From Selaginella moellendorffii (taxonomy: Eukaryota; Plantae; Lycopodiophyta), in contig NW_003314315.1 of assembly GCF_000143415.4 (NCBI RefSeq), forward strand, positions 682,001 to 746,000: a DNA stretch of 64,000 nt, in the 5' to 3' direction. The position numbers and the translations under genes were made by a program. Below the pieces are notes generated by a model, which was not told the origin of the DNA, ran no database searches, and worked only from the letters and a program-made list of their open reading frames with translations. Of the stretch, positions 37,411 through 51,206 are shown piece by piece. Positions within the stretch are counted from its first letter, which is position 1, and each line of letters begins with the position of its first letter.

Positions 37411-37659
37411 GTCCATTACTAAATGAGCTTGACTTAGTTTTAAGTTATTGCATTAATTTGCTATACAACTTAAATTTCTGTCATTAAGCTTTCCATTGAT
37501 ATTGTAACTACAATTTAAGACACAATAGTTTTAAAAATTTAAATTAAAATATGCAGTTATTTTTAGTAGTAATTATTTTTGACTAGTTTTAAAGTCAGAA
37601 TTAAAAAATTTCTTAAGCTAAGTTGCAATTTATGACTAAATTTTAAATCATTTATAATG

Positions 37660-40600
37660 TGTGAGTGCATGGAATATAGAAAGGGTATACAGAAATGTGC
37701 ATATCAATTAGCCCAAAAACCCTAGCTTATACACAGGAGCGAGTGGTCCGGATTGAAACCAATCCGACGGCTACCAAAATCCCACTACGCTAATATTAGT
37801 ATACAGCATCGTAGCTGTACACTTGGCCCTCACATCATCCCCTCCTCTAAGAATAATGGAAGACCATCAAGGTTCTCCTGTAGATGGGCCAGGATCTGGA
37901 GGAACATCAGGAGGAGGCATCGGCAGATCTGTAGATGGTATTAATCGCTCCTGATCCCTTGGTATGAAGCGTTTCAACTGCTGCACATGCACAATCTCTG
38001 GAGGATCGGCCTGCTGGATGTCATGTCGAACCTCATAAACTTGTGGTCCAACTTGCCCCAACAGTCGATACGGTCCTTTCCACTATGCAAGGAGCCCCTT
38101 AGATAAACCACGTACCGTAAGATGGGGAAAACAGACTAACACCAAATCATCCATTTTGTACTTTGCAAGTGGACGATGATGGGAATTGTAGCACCGTTGT
38201 TGTTCCACTTGTATGTGGCCTAAGTGTTCGGCAAACTCTGCTTGGACAAGTGGAAGAATGCTTGTTAAATATTGATCCCATAACCTAGCATCTGCAGCTC
38301 GTGGTAATTGCGAAGGTAAACACAGCTCCGTTGGTAATATTGGATCATGACCATATAGGAGTTTATATGGTGAAGCACCAACAGAACTCTGCACCCCAGT
38401 GACATATGCATACCAAAGAGACGGCAAATAACCATCCCAATCCGAATGCTGAAAGTTCACATACTTCGCAATCATCCCCTTGAACGTCCGAACGAGCCAC
38501 CAGATTGTTTGATTGTGGATGATAAGCACTCGTGAAAGTGTGGTGAATCCCCAACTGAGACATCAAAACATGAAATGCCTCAGTCATAAATGTGGGACCA
38601 TTATCCGAAATAATCCGCTCTAGACAAAAATGCTAGAACACCACTCGATTGAGGAGAAAGTATCCAACAGCAGTTGCAGAGGCGCTAGCAAGAGCACCAA
38701 CTTCCACCCAATGAGTCAAATAGTCAGAAGCAATAATAACATACTCATTGCCAACAGTCGACTGTGGAAAAGGTCCCATAAGATCAAACGCCACCAACTC
38801 AAATGGACAGGAAACTGCAATTGACTCCAACCGTCCTTTTATAGCCCGAGGGGGAGTATTAAAAGCTTGGCACCAAACGCAGTTATGCATATACTGGATA
38901 ATATCACGTCGCATAGAAAGACCTGCGTAGCTTCTCAATTACACGATGATATCCCATATACCCACCTAAAATAGGAGAATCATGGTAGGCATGGAGAAAC
39001 CGCGGAATAAAGATAAAAGGCACCACCAGCCATAAATGATCATTAGGATCTATCCCCACAAAATAAAGAAGGCCATCTTCAAGACGATATTGAGAATGTA
39101 AATGCTGGAAAGGCAAGTCATCAGCAAGTGATGCAGGATTCTCAAACCCATCTCAAAGCCTTCGAATCCAAGGCTTAATCTTTTGAGCCTCGCGAACTTC
39201 ATCAAGCGAAGGTAGATCTTGCTCTACACCTTGTGGACACTGAACGTCAAGTACAGCAACCGCCGACGGCACAGAATCCTCGTCTAGAAAATCCATAGAT
39301 GTTGGAACGACAAGCTCGTCAGAAACATGATAAGAGAGTGAAGAAGGAAGAGGAGCTCAAGAAAGGGCATCAGCATCAGCCATAAAACTCCCTGGGCAGT
39401 GAACAACATCAAAATCATATATCTAAAGCTTCAAAGCCCACCAAGCAGTACGACCAACCAGGTTCTTCCGCTTTAATAACGAAGTAACAACAACATGGTC
39501 ACCTTCAAGTAACGTCCGAGAACTATGTAGATATGCATGAAGTTTCTTGAAACCCCAAACTGCTGCTAAACACTCCTTCTCTATCATGGAGTAGTTCATC
39601 TCCACTGGTTGTAATGTACGGCTTATATATGCAATGGGATGGTGTTGACCAGGCACACTTGAGCTCTCTTGCATTAACACACCTCCAAGACCAATGTTAG
39701 AAGCATCCACGCGCAAAATAAAAGGTCGAGTGTAATCAGGATATGCCAAAACCGGAGGAGTTGTCAATAACTCTTTGAGATCCCCAAACGCCTGCTCACA
39801 ATCCGGAGACTAAATGAAAGATGACGTTGATGACTTCAGCAATGCTCGCAATGGTGTAGTGCGATCAGAAAGATGATCCAAAAAATGCCCGAGATACTAC
39901 ACCTTGCCCAAGAAGTGCTGCACATCATTCACACACTTCGGAGTAGGGAAATTTAGAACAGCCACAAGTTTGTCAGGATCAACTTGCAAACCCTCATGAG
40001 AAATACGGTACCCAAGATAAGTTGTGTCCTTGGATCCAAACACGCACTTTGACCGCTTCAACTTTAAACCAACGTCGCGTAGCCGATCCAACACTTTACA
40101 AACATCACGAACGTGCTCCTCTCACGTCCCCTCCGAGTGGATCAAGACATCATCAATAAAGTCAGTAGTCACCTCCGGTATATCGCAAAGAACCTCGTCT
40201 ATCATCCGTTGAAAAGTTGCTAGAGCATTGTTCAAACCAAATGGCATCACCAAGAACTCATACAAACCAAATGGTGTACGAAAAGCAGTCTTAGGAATAT
40301 CTTTTTCGGCCATCGGTACTTGCCAATACCCAGAAGCAAGATCTAGCTTGGTGAACCAATCACTTCGCCCCAGACGATCCAAGAGATCAGCAGTGTGAGG
40401 AAGAGGGTACACATCCGGGATCATTATGTCGTTTAACGGACGATAATCGATGCAGAAAAAAATACTCCCATCAGGCTTCATCACAAGGTTCACATGCCCA
40501 ATGACTTTGTGACTTCCGAATAACACCCTTCTCCAACATCTCCTTGACATTTGCACATAAAATCTTGATCTCCTTTGGTGACCGACAACGAACAGGAACC

Positions 40601-42647
40601 TTGATTGGACGAGCATCCCCAGTTGGAATCGGATGACGTGTGGCAATCGTGGCTCCAGATGATAGGTCAAAGTCAAAGAGATCAGAATACTCCTTCATGA
40701 GCCGGTCAACTGTTGCAACACAAAGATCATCGAAGGGATCGGAAAAGGGAAGAGCAGAACAAGATGGAAACACAGGAGGAAATAGTGGGGAAACAAAAGT
40801 AATGGAAGCAGAGGTAGAAGTAGAGGGATGAAGAGGTACAAAAGTGAGAGGAATGGATGAAACATAAGGAAGTATGAGACAAGAGGGAGAAGCTTCAAAG
40901 TCACACTTGGCATGATTGCGTTGCAACCAATCCATACCAAGAATGAGGTCAAAAGCTTGACTCGGCACCACCCATAACTGCAACTCAAGCTCGAGATCGC
41001 CCACACGCACAACCAGGTCTGCCTCATCCCATGCACATGCATGTGTACGGCTGTTGCCATAAAGAATGAAAATTGGTTCTGCCGCACGATGCAAGTGTAG
41101 ACGATAACGTGTGGCAACAGGTTGAGCAATAGAAGATAAACTCGAACTTGTATCAACCAACATGGAGAGAATAATAGGAGACCTCTTGTTATAAAGACAA
41201 GCTTGGAAAGTAAACACTGGATGAACTGGTGCCGAGTGAACCCCTTGATGATACTCCCAAAAGAAAGATGGAGGGGTCACTGACTTATTCGTGCAAGGTC
41301 CCTCTGTTACTCGCGCGACTCCTCGTTTCCCGGATGCATCTCAGTGTCCAAACCTTCCATTGCAGCAGCACCAACGGGACGTTGCTGACGCCAAGGTCTC
41401 CACCTAGGAAATAGAGGTCGCCAATCTGGAAAACGCCGACAACGCCGATAAGTATGACCAACTTCATCACATGCCCAGCAGCGAACATCACGGCCACGAC
41501 CACGTCCTCACCCTTGACCTTGGACTTGAGCAGCAGCAGCATCAACCTCCATTGGAATAGGACCATCACCCACAGGAAGTGGAGCTGAAGGACGTGCAGC
41601 GAGAAGTGGAAGAGGCGACGTCTCATAACGTTGTGCCAAGCAAAGAGCATCGTCAAGGGTGGCGGGAGCAAGTGCATGCACAAGTCCGACAAGATCTTGA
41701 CGAAGTGCTGGCCACAACATTCCTAGCTTGATCTGCTCCGACATATGTGGCTCTGCACGAAGCAAAAGACTTAGGAAATGAACACCAAATTGCATCACTG
41801 ACTCAGATGGCCCTTGGCAAAGACGATGCAATTGTTGAAAAGCATCATCACAGTCATTGGCATATCCGAAGGCGCGTTTGAAGACATCCAGAAGAACACT
41901 CCAATCCCCACGAGTGGCTGCTCCCAAACTGTTGTACCACTGTAATGCCGTCCCTTGGAGACACGTGGGAAACTCACGCAAACGTCGAGCATCATCCCAA
42001 GAATGATATGTGGCAATCACCGTAAAGTGATCAAACCAATGGTACACATCATCCCCAGGATTCCCAAGAAAGAACTCCAGCCAAACACGAGGATTGGCAC
42101 CAAGAGCAGGAAGAGTTGTACCATGTGTCGTGAACGCCGCCATCAACTGAGTTTGGTTGTTCAATTGCAAGCGCATAGCATCAAGCAATTGTACCAATTG
42201 CTGCTCCAGAGTCAAAGGGGGAGGTTGCTGATCTGCCATGGAGACAAATGAAAAAGAAAGAGCAAAAGAAGAAAAACAACAAAAAGCTAGAAGGAAATGG
42301 TAGATCTAGACAATGCAAAAAGCTAGATCTAAACCAAAATCCTGAAAGGAAAGAACAAAAGAAAAGAAATGGAAAAAGTTAGATCTAGACAATGCAAAAG
42401 TTACATCTAAACTGAAATCCCAAATCTAAACACTCCTCAGGGACAATTAAAGGTGCCCCTCATCTCCACCAATGTGAGTGCATGGAATATAGAAAGGGTA
42501 TACAGAAATGTGCATATCAATTAGCCCAAAAACCCTAACTTATATACAGGAGCGAGTGGTCCGGATTGAAACCAATCCGACGGCTACCAAAATCCCACTA
42601 TGCTAATATTAGTATACAGCATTGTAGCCGTACACTTGGCCCTCACA
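37660..42647 (-). mobile_element. Full-length Ty3/gypsy element E with 175-bp LTRs, tRNA-Ala-type PBS, 4-bp TSD AATG
   Basis: LTRs 37660-37834 and 42473-42647 (5 differences seen); PBS tggtggagatgagggg; PPT agaggaggggatga; aatg on both sides. Confidence 0.95.
37867..42239 (-). pseudogene. gag-pol of element E (Gag, PR, RT, RNase H, INT), frameshifted
   Basis: DGPIPMEVDA; MLVDTSSS; FCIDYRPLN...KLDLASGYWQV...FIDDVLI; LRVDASNIGLGGVL...EKECLA; HDSPILGG...CVWCQ; AYHPQSN; GPY. Confidence 0.93.
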
Positions 42648-43354
42648 AATGGTTATAAAACAAAAAATATAGTCATTATGTTTAGTAGTTATTTGTGACT
42701 AAATTTTAAGTCAATTATAATAGTTATAAACAAAAAAATATGTAGTACGACTAAATTTTAAGTCCAAAAATGAAGCTATAAATATAGTGGTAATTTAAGT
42801 CGTTCTTTACTATGATCAAATATTAACCATCAATTTCTTTAGCCAGGCATACCTGATCCATATGCCCATTGAAGAGTGATTCCGAGAATCACCATCAAAG
42901 CAAATTCAACTATAAAAACCATTGCTATGGGCTGTCTCTCTTTTGTGTATGTCGATAAGGTCACAATACACGATCTTCGACACCTAAAACGCAATGAAAA
43001 GAATTTTCAAAGAACATAAGCTTCCAGAGTGGAGATTTTGATCAAATTCTTACGCACAGAGCATTGCATCATGGTGAACGACCATTCTCATCTTTGCTCT
43101 TCCTCCTAGAATTGAGCCTGAGAGTTTATCAACGAGCTCCAGTTCTTTTGGGGGAAGAACCAAATGAGCATTATGTGCTAATGAAAGAAAGAGATTCCGA
43201 ACACTGATATTGCTTCCATCATGATCGCAAAAACTGGACATCATAACTTTAAAGCGCTGCAGATAATGTGTCCGTACGAGAATCATTTATATGCACTAAA
43301 CCTTCATGACCTAAAAAAAAGGTTTCTCGGAAGCGAATCCGGTAAGCAAGAAAT

Positions 43355-44992
43355 ATGGCGACCATCATCCGTCGGAGTGTGCCGCCGTCGTCTCCGCCTC
43401 GTCGGGCGCCGCCTCCAGCTGCGCACAGGAGCGTGCATCCGCCTCGTCCAGGGCACAGGAGCGCGACACCGCCCAAAACGAGAGTGCCACCTCCAGGTAG
43501 CATGCCGCCCCCCAAACCATCGCCAAGGAGGGCGGGAGGAGCTCCGCCACCTCACAGCAGCGCCCACAGTCAGGCACCTCCACCAGCACCAGCAGAGCAA
43601 CACCATGGAGCAGCAAAGCAGCACAGCCATGGAGGAGCACCACCTCCAAAGCAGGACAGCCATGGAGCACCACCACCTCCACCAACAAGCCATGGAGCAG
43701 CAAAGAAGCACCAGCACAGTCCGCCACCTCCACCAGCAAGCCACGGAGCAGCAAAGCAGCACCAGCACAGTCCGCCACCAACAAGCCATGGAGCAGCAAA
43801 GCAGCACCAGCACAGTCCGCCACCTCCACCAGCAAGCCACGGAGCAGCAAAGCAGCACCAGCACAGTCCGCCACCAACAAACCATGGAGCACCAAAGCAG
43901 CACCAGCACAGTCCGCCACCGCCACCAGCAAGCCACGGAGCAGCAAAGCAGCACAGCCACGGAGGAGGAGCAAAGCAGCACCCACCTCCACCAGCAAAGC
44001 AGCATACAGGGCCGCCACCTTCGTCCGGGACAACCACTTGGCGACCAAGGAGGTTTGGGCCGCCGCCACCTCCACCAGCAAAGGAGCATACAGGGCCGCC
44101 ACCTTCTTCTGGGACAACCACTTGGTGGCCAAGGCCCGCTCATGACACGATAACATGGCAACCAGGGTCGCCTGTCTTTCACACGTTTTCATCGCCGCCT
44201 CTGCCTGGCCCCTTGTCTATTGCTCCGCCTCTGGGGTCGTCATCATCAACAGCAGCAGCAGCAGCGGCAGCGTTTGCGACACCGGGGCTGCTTGTGGCAG
44301 GCATCGTCCTTTTCCTGCTTGCTATGGTGGTCATCATCACCGGCATCTGGATACTCGTGAAGGGAAGAAGAAAGAAGGCGAACGACATCCTGGTGCACTA
44401 CGTCGGGAGCAGCCATCTTCCTGGCGGTGGCAGCAGCAGCAGCGGCAGTCAGCGAGAGTATCTCGTTCCCTTGAGCAAGATTGAGGACGCAGAGCTCCGG
44501 GACAAGCTCAATTCCTTCGTTCAAGAGAGGAGCAAGCAGCACCTTCGACCGTCACAGCTAAATCCCAGCACAAAGGTGGCCAATCCTCCACTCGCGAGGC
44601 CTCCAAGGCGGCTGCCACCTTCGGCTTTTCTCAAGATGAATCCAATCTATGGTGCTGCTACCGATTCGGTTGACGACTGCCTGACGCCACCATTGGGACG
44701 AGATCCACCAGCAGCGATCCACGGAATCGACGAGCACAAGAAGGTGCCAAGAGGTTCTCTCCCGGAGGATCCATTCTCGTCGAGTGCTGCTTGTCGGAGC
44801 GGCAATGATCGAAGAGCCCAGGAACAGGCTTTGGATCCAGTGTCTCATCGTGGCACTGTGTTCGATCCTGGAGATGCTTTCGTTGTTCGGCTTGCAGTAG
44901 CAGCAGAGAAGCGAGCTGAGATGGAGAAGCACCGGGTTTGGGATGAGGAGGCCCGGCAACAAGCACTCCCACAGGTAAGTCTTCATGCTTGA
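43355..44992 (+). CDS. Pro/His-rich repeat single-pass membrane protein (PERK-like ectodomain, no kinase seen)
   Basis: 545-aa GC-rich ORF with repeats SHGAAKQHQHSPPP(PPA/T), and TM segment LLVAGIVLFLLAMVVIITGIWILV followed by KGRRKK. A donor CAG|GTAAGT at 44975 suggests further small exons to ~45224. Confidence 0.75.
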   Translation: MATIIRRSVPPSSPPRRAPPPAAHRSVHPPRPGHRSATPPKTRVPPPGSMPPPKPSPRRAGGAPPPHSSAHSQAPPPAPAEQHHGAAKQHSHGGAPPPKQDSHGAPPPPPTSHGAAKKHQHSPPPPPASHGAAKQHQHSPPPTSHGAAKQHQHSPPPPPASHGAAKQHQHSPPPTNHGAPKQHQHSPPPPPASHGAAKQHSHGGGAKQHPPPPAKQHTGPPPSSGTTTWRPRRFGPPPPPPAKEHTGPPPSSGTTTWWPRPAHDTITWQPGSPVFHTFSSPPLPGPLSIAPPLGSSSSTAAAAAAAFATPGLLVAGIVLFLLAMVVIITGIWILVKGRRKKANDILVHYVGSSHLPGGGSSSSGSQREYLVPLSKIEDAELRDKLNSFVQERSKQHLRPSQLNPSTKVANPPLARPPRRLPPSAFLKMNPIYGAATDSVDDCLTPPLGRDPPAAIHGIDEHKKVPRGSLPEDPFSSSAACRSGNDRRAQEQALDPVSHRGTVFDPGDAFVVRLAVAAEKRAEMEKHRVWDEEARQQALPQVSLHA

Positions 44993-45703
44993 GAGATAGA
45001 ACAAGTGACTAATGGAGCACTTTTAGGATCCGTGAGGTGGAGAATCTGGAGAAGCCCGTGGTTGAGGCAAATCACTCGGCCAATTCTGGAGGTTCGCATT
45101 TGGCTGCTCGTGTACACGACTCAGATGCCAAGGTAAACAGTCTCCATGCCTCGAGTTAAAGTATAACTTCTGCTTGAACTAGCCTTCCACCTCGGAGGTT
45201 AAGCTTGAGCTCGATGGAGCTTAGAGCGAAAGGAGGTACGCTGTTCGGTCGTTTTGGACTGATGATACGCTTGAGGTTGCAGGCACAGAATGAAGATTCA
45301 TGAAACAAATTACTTCGGTTTTTTTAAACCACAACAGGCAAAGGCAGGTCCGTGGTATTCAATCGAAATTATAACAGATGGAGAAGTCTGGAGGCATTTG
45401 AATCAGGAGATTATGATTTGCAAGTTTCAAACAAGGCAACAAGACAACAACTTTTCATTAAGATAACAGAGAGATATTGAATTGGGGGATTATATTGCAG
45501 GTCTCAAACAAACACTTTGGACATTTAATTTCCTGTTTTTAAAAATATAAACTTTCAATAACATTTCTTATCGTAAGTAGTAGGTTATAGTAGTCACAGC
45601 AGTCAACGATAGTCACTAATTCTTTACGCACATCAATGAATTCATTAGAATGAGCTCATTAGAACAGTAATGAGATAGCGTTGACTGACACCACGATAAT
45701 CAA

Positions 45704-46070
45704 TCAATCCATCATGGATAATGGATTGGAGGTCTTGAAAGCAAGGCTACTCTCAGCCACATTCTCTGCGAAACAGAGCCTCAAATAAGGCAGGAGCTGC
45801 ACGCTTAGCTTTCCACACCCCATCTTGAGCTTGCCACTGCTGCTACTCTTGTTCACTCCTTGCACCTTGGCATTGCTTGCGGGAGCCTGCCTGGACACTA
45901 GCTATGGTAGCTTTCTTCCACTTCTTACCATTGCCTTTTCTTTCTTCTTCTTTTCTTCCTCTGGTTCCAGAGTCATTGCAACCTCGTCAAGCTCCTCCAC
46001 CCTCTCCTTGATCTTGTTCTTGATGTTGTCCTCACCTTTGATATTTCAGCTCCTCATAGCTTCTATATAT
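45704..46070 (-). pseudogene. Unidentified K/E-rich coding fragment
   Basis: NIKNKIKERVEELDEVAMTLEPEEEKKKKEKAM... with in-frame stops; coding-like composition in an AT-rich background. Confidence 0.3.
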
Positions 46071-47609
46071 GGTTTTTTAATTTTTGGTTTTCTTAAGCAA
46101 ATCTGTAGAGGATGGTAATGACTATACCTAGAATATGCTTAGATATTCTAGGATATTCTACCATATAACGGTTGTTATTCATTTAGATTAATTTTATATT
46201 TATAATTTATAAACATTTTTATAATTTATAAATTTTTCTAAACACTTCTAGTATACTGTAGTTTATTCTACTATCTAATGGTTGATATTCAATAAGATTA
46301 ATCTTGTGTTTATAAATTATGAACATGTTTAAAATTATAAACTTCCATTTGATTAACTGGATTAATACATAAGATAAAGCAAACCAAGTGTTGTTTGCAA
46401 CACACAGAAATTTTATTATATATAGGTTAAAAAAAATTCTGAATAATTTTTTTTTAAAATTTTAAAAATTTTGATAACTTTTTACCATTTTTTCATACCA
46501 GATCTGCTGATGGATAGTTCAATTTGTGATGCTTTGGGGTTGAGCTCATAAAAATATCAGAAAAGCATAAAATATAGGAAGTTAGAGATTTTGCTTTGAC
46601 TAAAGTTTATTTCATTTACTATTATGCTTACTCCTCAAAAAATGTTTGGCTCTTTAAGTTAGGCAAGGATTATTTGCTCTTCTCCAAGCTATGAAGGATT
46701 TAGAGAAGATTCAACTCATGTCCTTACACATCCCAACATACTAGTTGTGTTTACAAATGGTTTTTTTTTTTTAATCTAATTTTAGAATTCTCTTGTTTAG
46801 GATTCTCATATGCAATGTTGTTTTATGTTGCTAAAGATAACTGTCACATCCACTACAATATCCACACGATTTTGACAAGTTAGAAGTAGTGGCAAAGATA
46901 GCATACTAGTTCTATGTTATAGCAGACCACACCCACCATGGTGGTACTTGACATGCAAAGCAATCAGAATTGGTAAAACAATGTTAAAAACTATATATTT
47001 TCTAAAATATTTTTATGTATAATTTTCAAGGTACAAGCTGTGGCTTGATGTCAACTTTATACCCAAAGCAATTGAGCAGAAAAAGTGTCCAATGATACAA
47101 CAATGAAGATTGAAAGTTTCTTTGGAGAGACCACAATTTTAGATAGGATAAAAGATGAGCTTGATTTTGGAGAAAAAAAAGAACAAGCTTCAAGTGTAGA
47201 TAGTTATGAGTATAGAATACTAAGCGAGAGTATTTGAGCTCAGAATTAATGTAGGTTTTTTGGTCTAATCATATGGTTTTTAATATAATTTTCATTTGAC
47301 CTTGAGTAATAATAATCCTAACAAGACTAACAAGATTGAAAGGGCTGTCTGATAAGGGATTGTGGGACTATATTGAGAGTGGTCAAAGTGTCACTAGACT
47401 TCCTCTAGAAGATCTAGAGCAAAAGCTTTTCTAGAAACTTTTGGAACTTGACAATGCGACATGGATGACAATGCAATCCAGCTAGTAAGGATGCTAAAAA
47501 ATCTCGAAGTGGAGGAGCCAAAGAGGAGTAGGTATGTGGCAAAAGGGGGGCCCATGTGTGACAAAAACACTCTATGAAGATGATAGCATCCACTTGCTAA
47601 TGAAGTACA

Positions 47610-48470
47610 CCCAAACAACCAAGAAGTGCAACACCAACTTTCAGGGGCAAAAAGTACTCAAAGCATTTCTAGGATCTTCTACAACCTTTACCCAGCAAGA
47701 AGTTGTATTATGACAGGTAGCATATGATCAACTACAACAGAGAACAAGGCTGATTAAGCTAGTATATAGGCACAAACTTAGTAGACAATATCTTTTGTAT
47801 TTGTGAGTTGAAAATAGGAGATAACCTCATTGGATTGCAGTAGTGACTTAAGAAGTTGGTAGATGCTATAAAGAAGAGTACCAAAGTACCAATGAAGATA
47901 ATTTCACTTGTAAATTTGAATTTATTAGACAATGTAAGGGTTTGTGATGTAGGATGGCATTTCAAACTTGTCCTTAGCACTAAAGAAAGAAGTACACATT
48001 AATTTTGAATTTTTTTTGTACTCGCTCAATCAACCTTGTTCTCTGTTGTAGTTGCCTATCATATGCTACCTGATAATTGGAAAATACCTCCAATAGCTCA
48101 TAATAAAACTTCTTGCTGTCCTAGAAATGTTTTGAGTACTTTTTGCCATTGGAAGTTTGTGTTGCATTTCTAGGTAAAAGCTAGGTATAAACCATATTAA
48201 TTTCAACAAAACTTTATAGAGTTCAATAACATTTTTCTAGGATCTTCAACCAGCAAGGATGTGATGACTTATTATCATTGAAACTACAAAAGTTGAGAAA
48301 GCTTATGATAACACACATACTTGACTATACAAAGTTCTGTGAATGAAGATAATTTCACTTATAAATTTGAATTTTTTAGCCAATGTAAGGGTTTGTGATG
48401 TAGGATGGCATTCCAAACTTGTCCTCAGCACTGAAGAAAGAAGTATACATTAATTTTGAATTTTTTTTTG
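47610..48470. repeat. Local inverted plus direct duplication
   Basis: ~47625-47760 is inverted at ~48020-48170; 47891-48018 is repeated directly at 48341-48469. Confidence 0.85.
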
Positions 48471-49660
48471 TTTCTCAAAAGCTAAACTTCTTAAGAGATG
48501 TATTAGCTCAAGTTTTGCAGAAGTGCTATTCAAGATAAAGATGAGCCAATAGATAACCCACTCCCTAATGCAAGTCAATGAGTTTTTCATAGTATTTCTT
48601 TGTTACTATTTTTCAGCATCTTTTGTTAGGATGAGGACAATGAGAAAACCAATGAAAAGGTTTTCCTTACACAATATTTGTAACCATTTAGTTTTTCTTT
48701 CTGTAGGCTTAGAGTGAATCACATGGCAAAAGAGACATATGGAGAAGAAGCCACCATACCATACCAAAAAATGATAATGAATAAAAGCTAATTTGATAGT
48801 GTTCAATTGTAGCTTAGTTGTATATATAGATTAATATTTCCTAGCTTAATTTTAAAAATACAAAATGTAATTTTTAGAGCTCTTTGAAGTGTGTTTTTTC
48901 TATTAGAAGTGAACTAAACTATATATTTATTGCTATTTTTTTATAGGCATCCTAAGGAAAATATCAAGAAAATAGTACTTAATGCAAACCAAGATGTAGA
49001 AATAAAAACCTACACTACCACTAGCACAAATGGTAGATGAAGAGTGAATGGCAAATGTGTCTAATAATACAAATGGAAAGAAGGTTTATTACTTCTTGTG
49101 TTATATGTATTAATTATGACTAACTTCTATGGCTTATAGACTATATCCATGCCGGTAGAAGCCATCATTAACATGGTTGAAGATGCAGCAGCCACAAATA
49201 TGACAAGGGACTCTTTGGTTGTATGTATTATTGTATTATGTAATAATTTTATTTAGCTTTATAAGAAACATTGGCATAATTACAAGACAATGAAACAGTC
49301 TAGCAAATGTTCTTTTGCTAAAAAGCTAATGCTTAGAGAGGAGGTTTGCCTAATTTTTAGAGGACCTAAATTATACCACTTACCTTTCTCACCTAGAAAA
49401 CAATATTATATTATGAGGTTCAATTTATACATATGCTAATATTAGTATAGTGGGATTTTGATTTGCATTGTTTAAATTTCTCTTATTCCTAGAACTTTTT
49501 TATTTTTTCCCTTTTTTTCATTTTTCATTTTATTTATCTTCATGCTATAATAACATACTCCTCCTTTGACTTTAGAGCAACAATTGATGCAATTGCTTAA
49601 TACAAAATGGCTATAGTTGACCAACTACACTCAATTGATAGTAGCATTCATGGCATATAG

Positions 49661-49948
49661 ATGCTTTATTTCGTTAAAGTGGGACTTTTCATTATCCCAC
49701 TTATGGTGTGTGGCCACATGCCATTTTTATAACAACAATAAAAAATTGAAGTTTTAACTTTATAATTTATAAATTAAAAACTTTTCATATGATTTTGTGT
49801 TATAATATTGTGAAATATAAAAAAATAAATTAAAAAACTGATAAAAATATTAATAAATATTAATTAAGTACTAGGAAATGGCATGTGGACACATGCTAAT
49901 TAATGTCCCACTTTACTGAATAAGTCCCACTTTAACGAAATAAAGCAT
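49661..49948 (-). mobile_element. MITE copy 2, TSD ATAG
   Basis: TIRs as in copy 1; atag/atag; empty site visible in E gag (~42115-42135). Confidence 0.95.
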
Positions 49949-51206
49949 ATAGTGCAACTCTTCTTACTTTTACTTCTAATCCTTGTGTTCAGCCAAATTT
50001 CTTCCATGGGAATCCTAGGGATAATGTGTACTATTGGTTGGATAACTTTTCAATGATTATTATCTATCATTTTTGGGATGATGCCCGGTGTCTATACAAA
50101 TTCCCCACATGTTTGCAATAAACCGTATTACAATGGTATAATGGTTTGGGTGTAACCACTCATGTGGATTAGAGCCTTTTTCAAGTCATCTTAAAATATG
50201 CATTTAGATATGCTAATAACTATGATGATGCCTTCCAACAATTCCATCATCTTTATCATCGGCTATTTGAATTAGTTATACAATTTAATGTTTGCTTTTA
50301 AAGTTTCTTGCTTTATCTAGAGCAAAATATGTTAAAGCAAATCAAATTGGGTCTAGTATTTCATCAAGATCTTGTGGAGTTTGTGCATGCACTTACCCTA
50401 ACTACCTTTGATAATTCTTTAACTTGCACAATACAATGAGATATCACTTCTCCCACTTGTAGTTGTACATGCTTTAGCTTTGGTTCCTATGGGAGATGAT
50501 TTTATTCTGATGGAGGTTTGCTATTGATTGCTGCTCATGTTCAATAACAAAGATAGAGACATGGTTGTGGCCATGATGCTCACTACTGAGCATATGATGA
50601 GGTTAGCCACATATATTTTACTATCTACATTTTCCCAATTTATATCCTCCATTTCCTAAGTAGAAACCTTGGCATCATCAACATCTTATTAGTGCTATTG
50701 TGGTGAAAGGTCTTGATATTAAAATTATTCCAAGAAACAAGGAAGTGCATATGTAGTGGAGGGACTTTGTGTGAATTAGTCCATAACTCCTTTATCCTTC
50801 TTTTAAGAATATTATTAAGGGGTTCATTGGGTACTAATTCATCCAATGTTTACTTTTCAAGTTTAATTTTATATTATGAGATTCACTGTTATCCTCTTTA
50901 TGTTGGTTGATACAAATTTGAGTTTATCTTCTATTACTCAACTTGTTGCCACATGTTGTTATTTATATTTGTGTTGTGTGATAGAATCAATTTTCATTCT
51001 CTATAGCAACTACCATACACATGCTTGTGTACAAGATTGAGAAAAACCTAATCGTGTGGGTGATTTCGAGATTGAGTTCCAATCTTTTAGATGTTGGTAA
51101 GTCAATATTTTGACCTCATCCTTAGTATGGATTAATTGTAGTGCAATTATATTAAATATAACTTTAAGGATTCTCCCCCTTTTATCATACTCTTTTATAT
51201 GTCTTC

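Noticed and set aside
43221-44192. Alternative-frame and antisense ORFs (310, 292, 275 aa)
   Set aside because: Shadows of the repetitive Pro-rich CDS; only 43355-44992 has a coherent TM topology.
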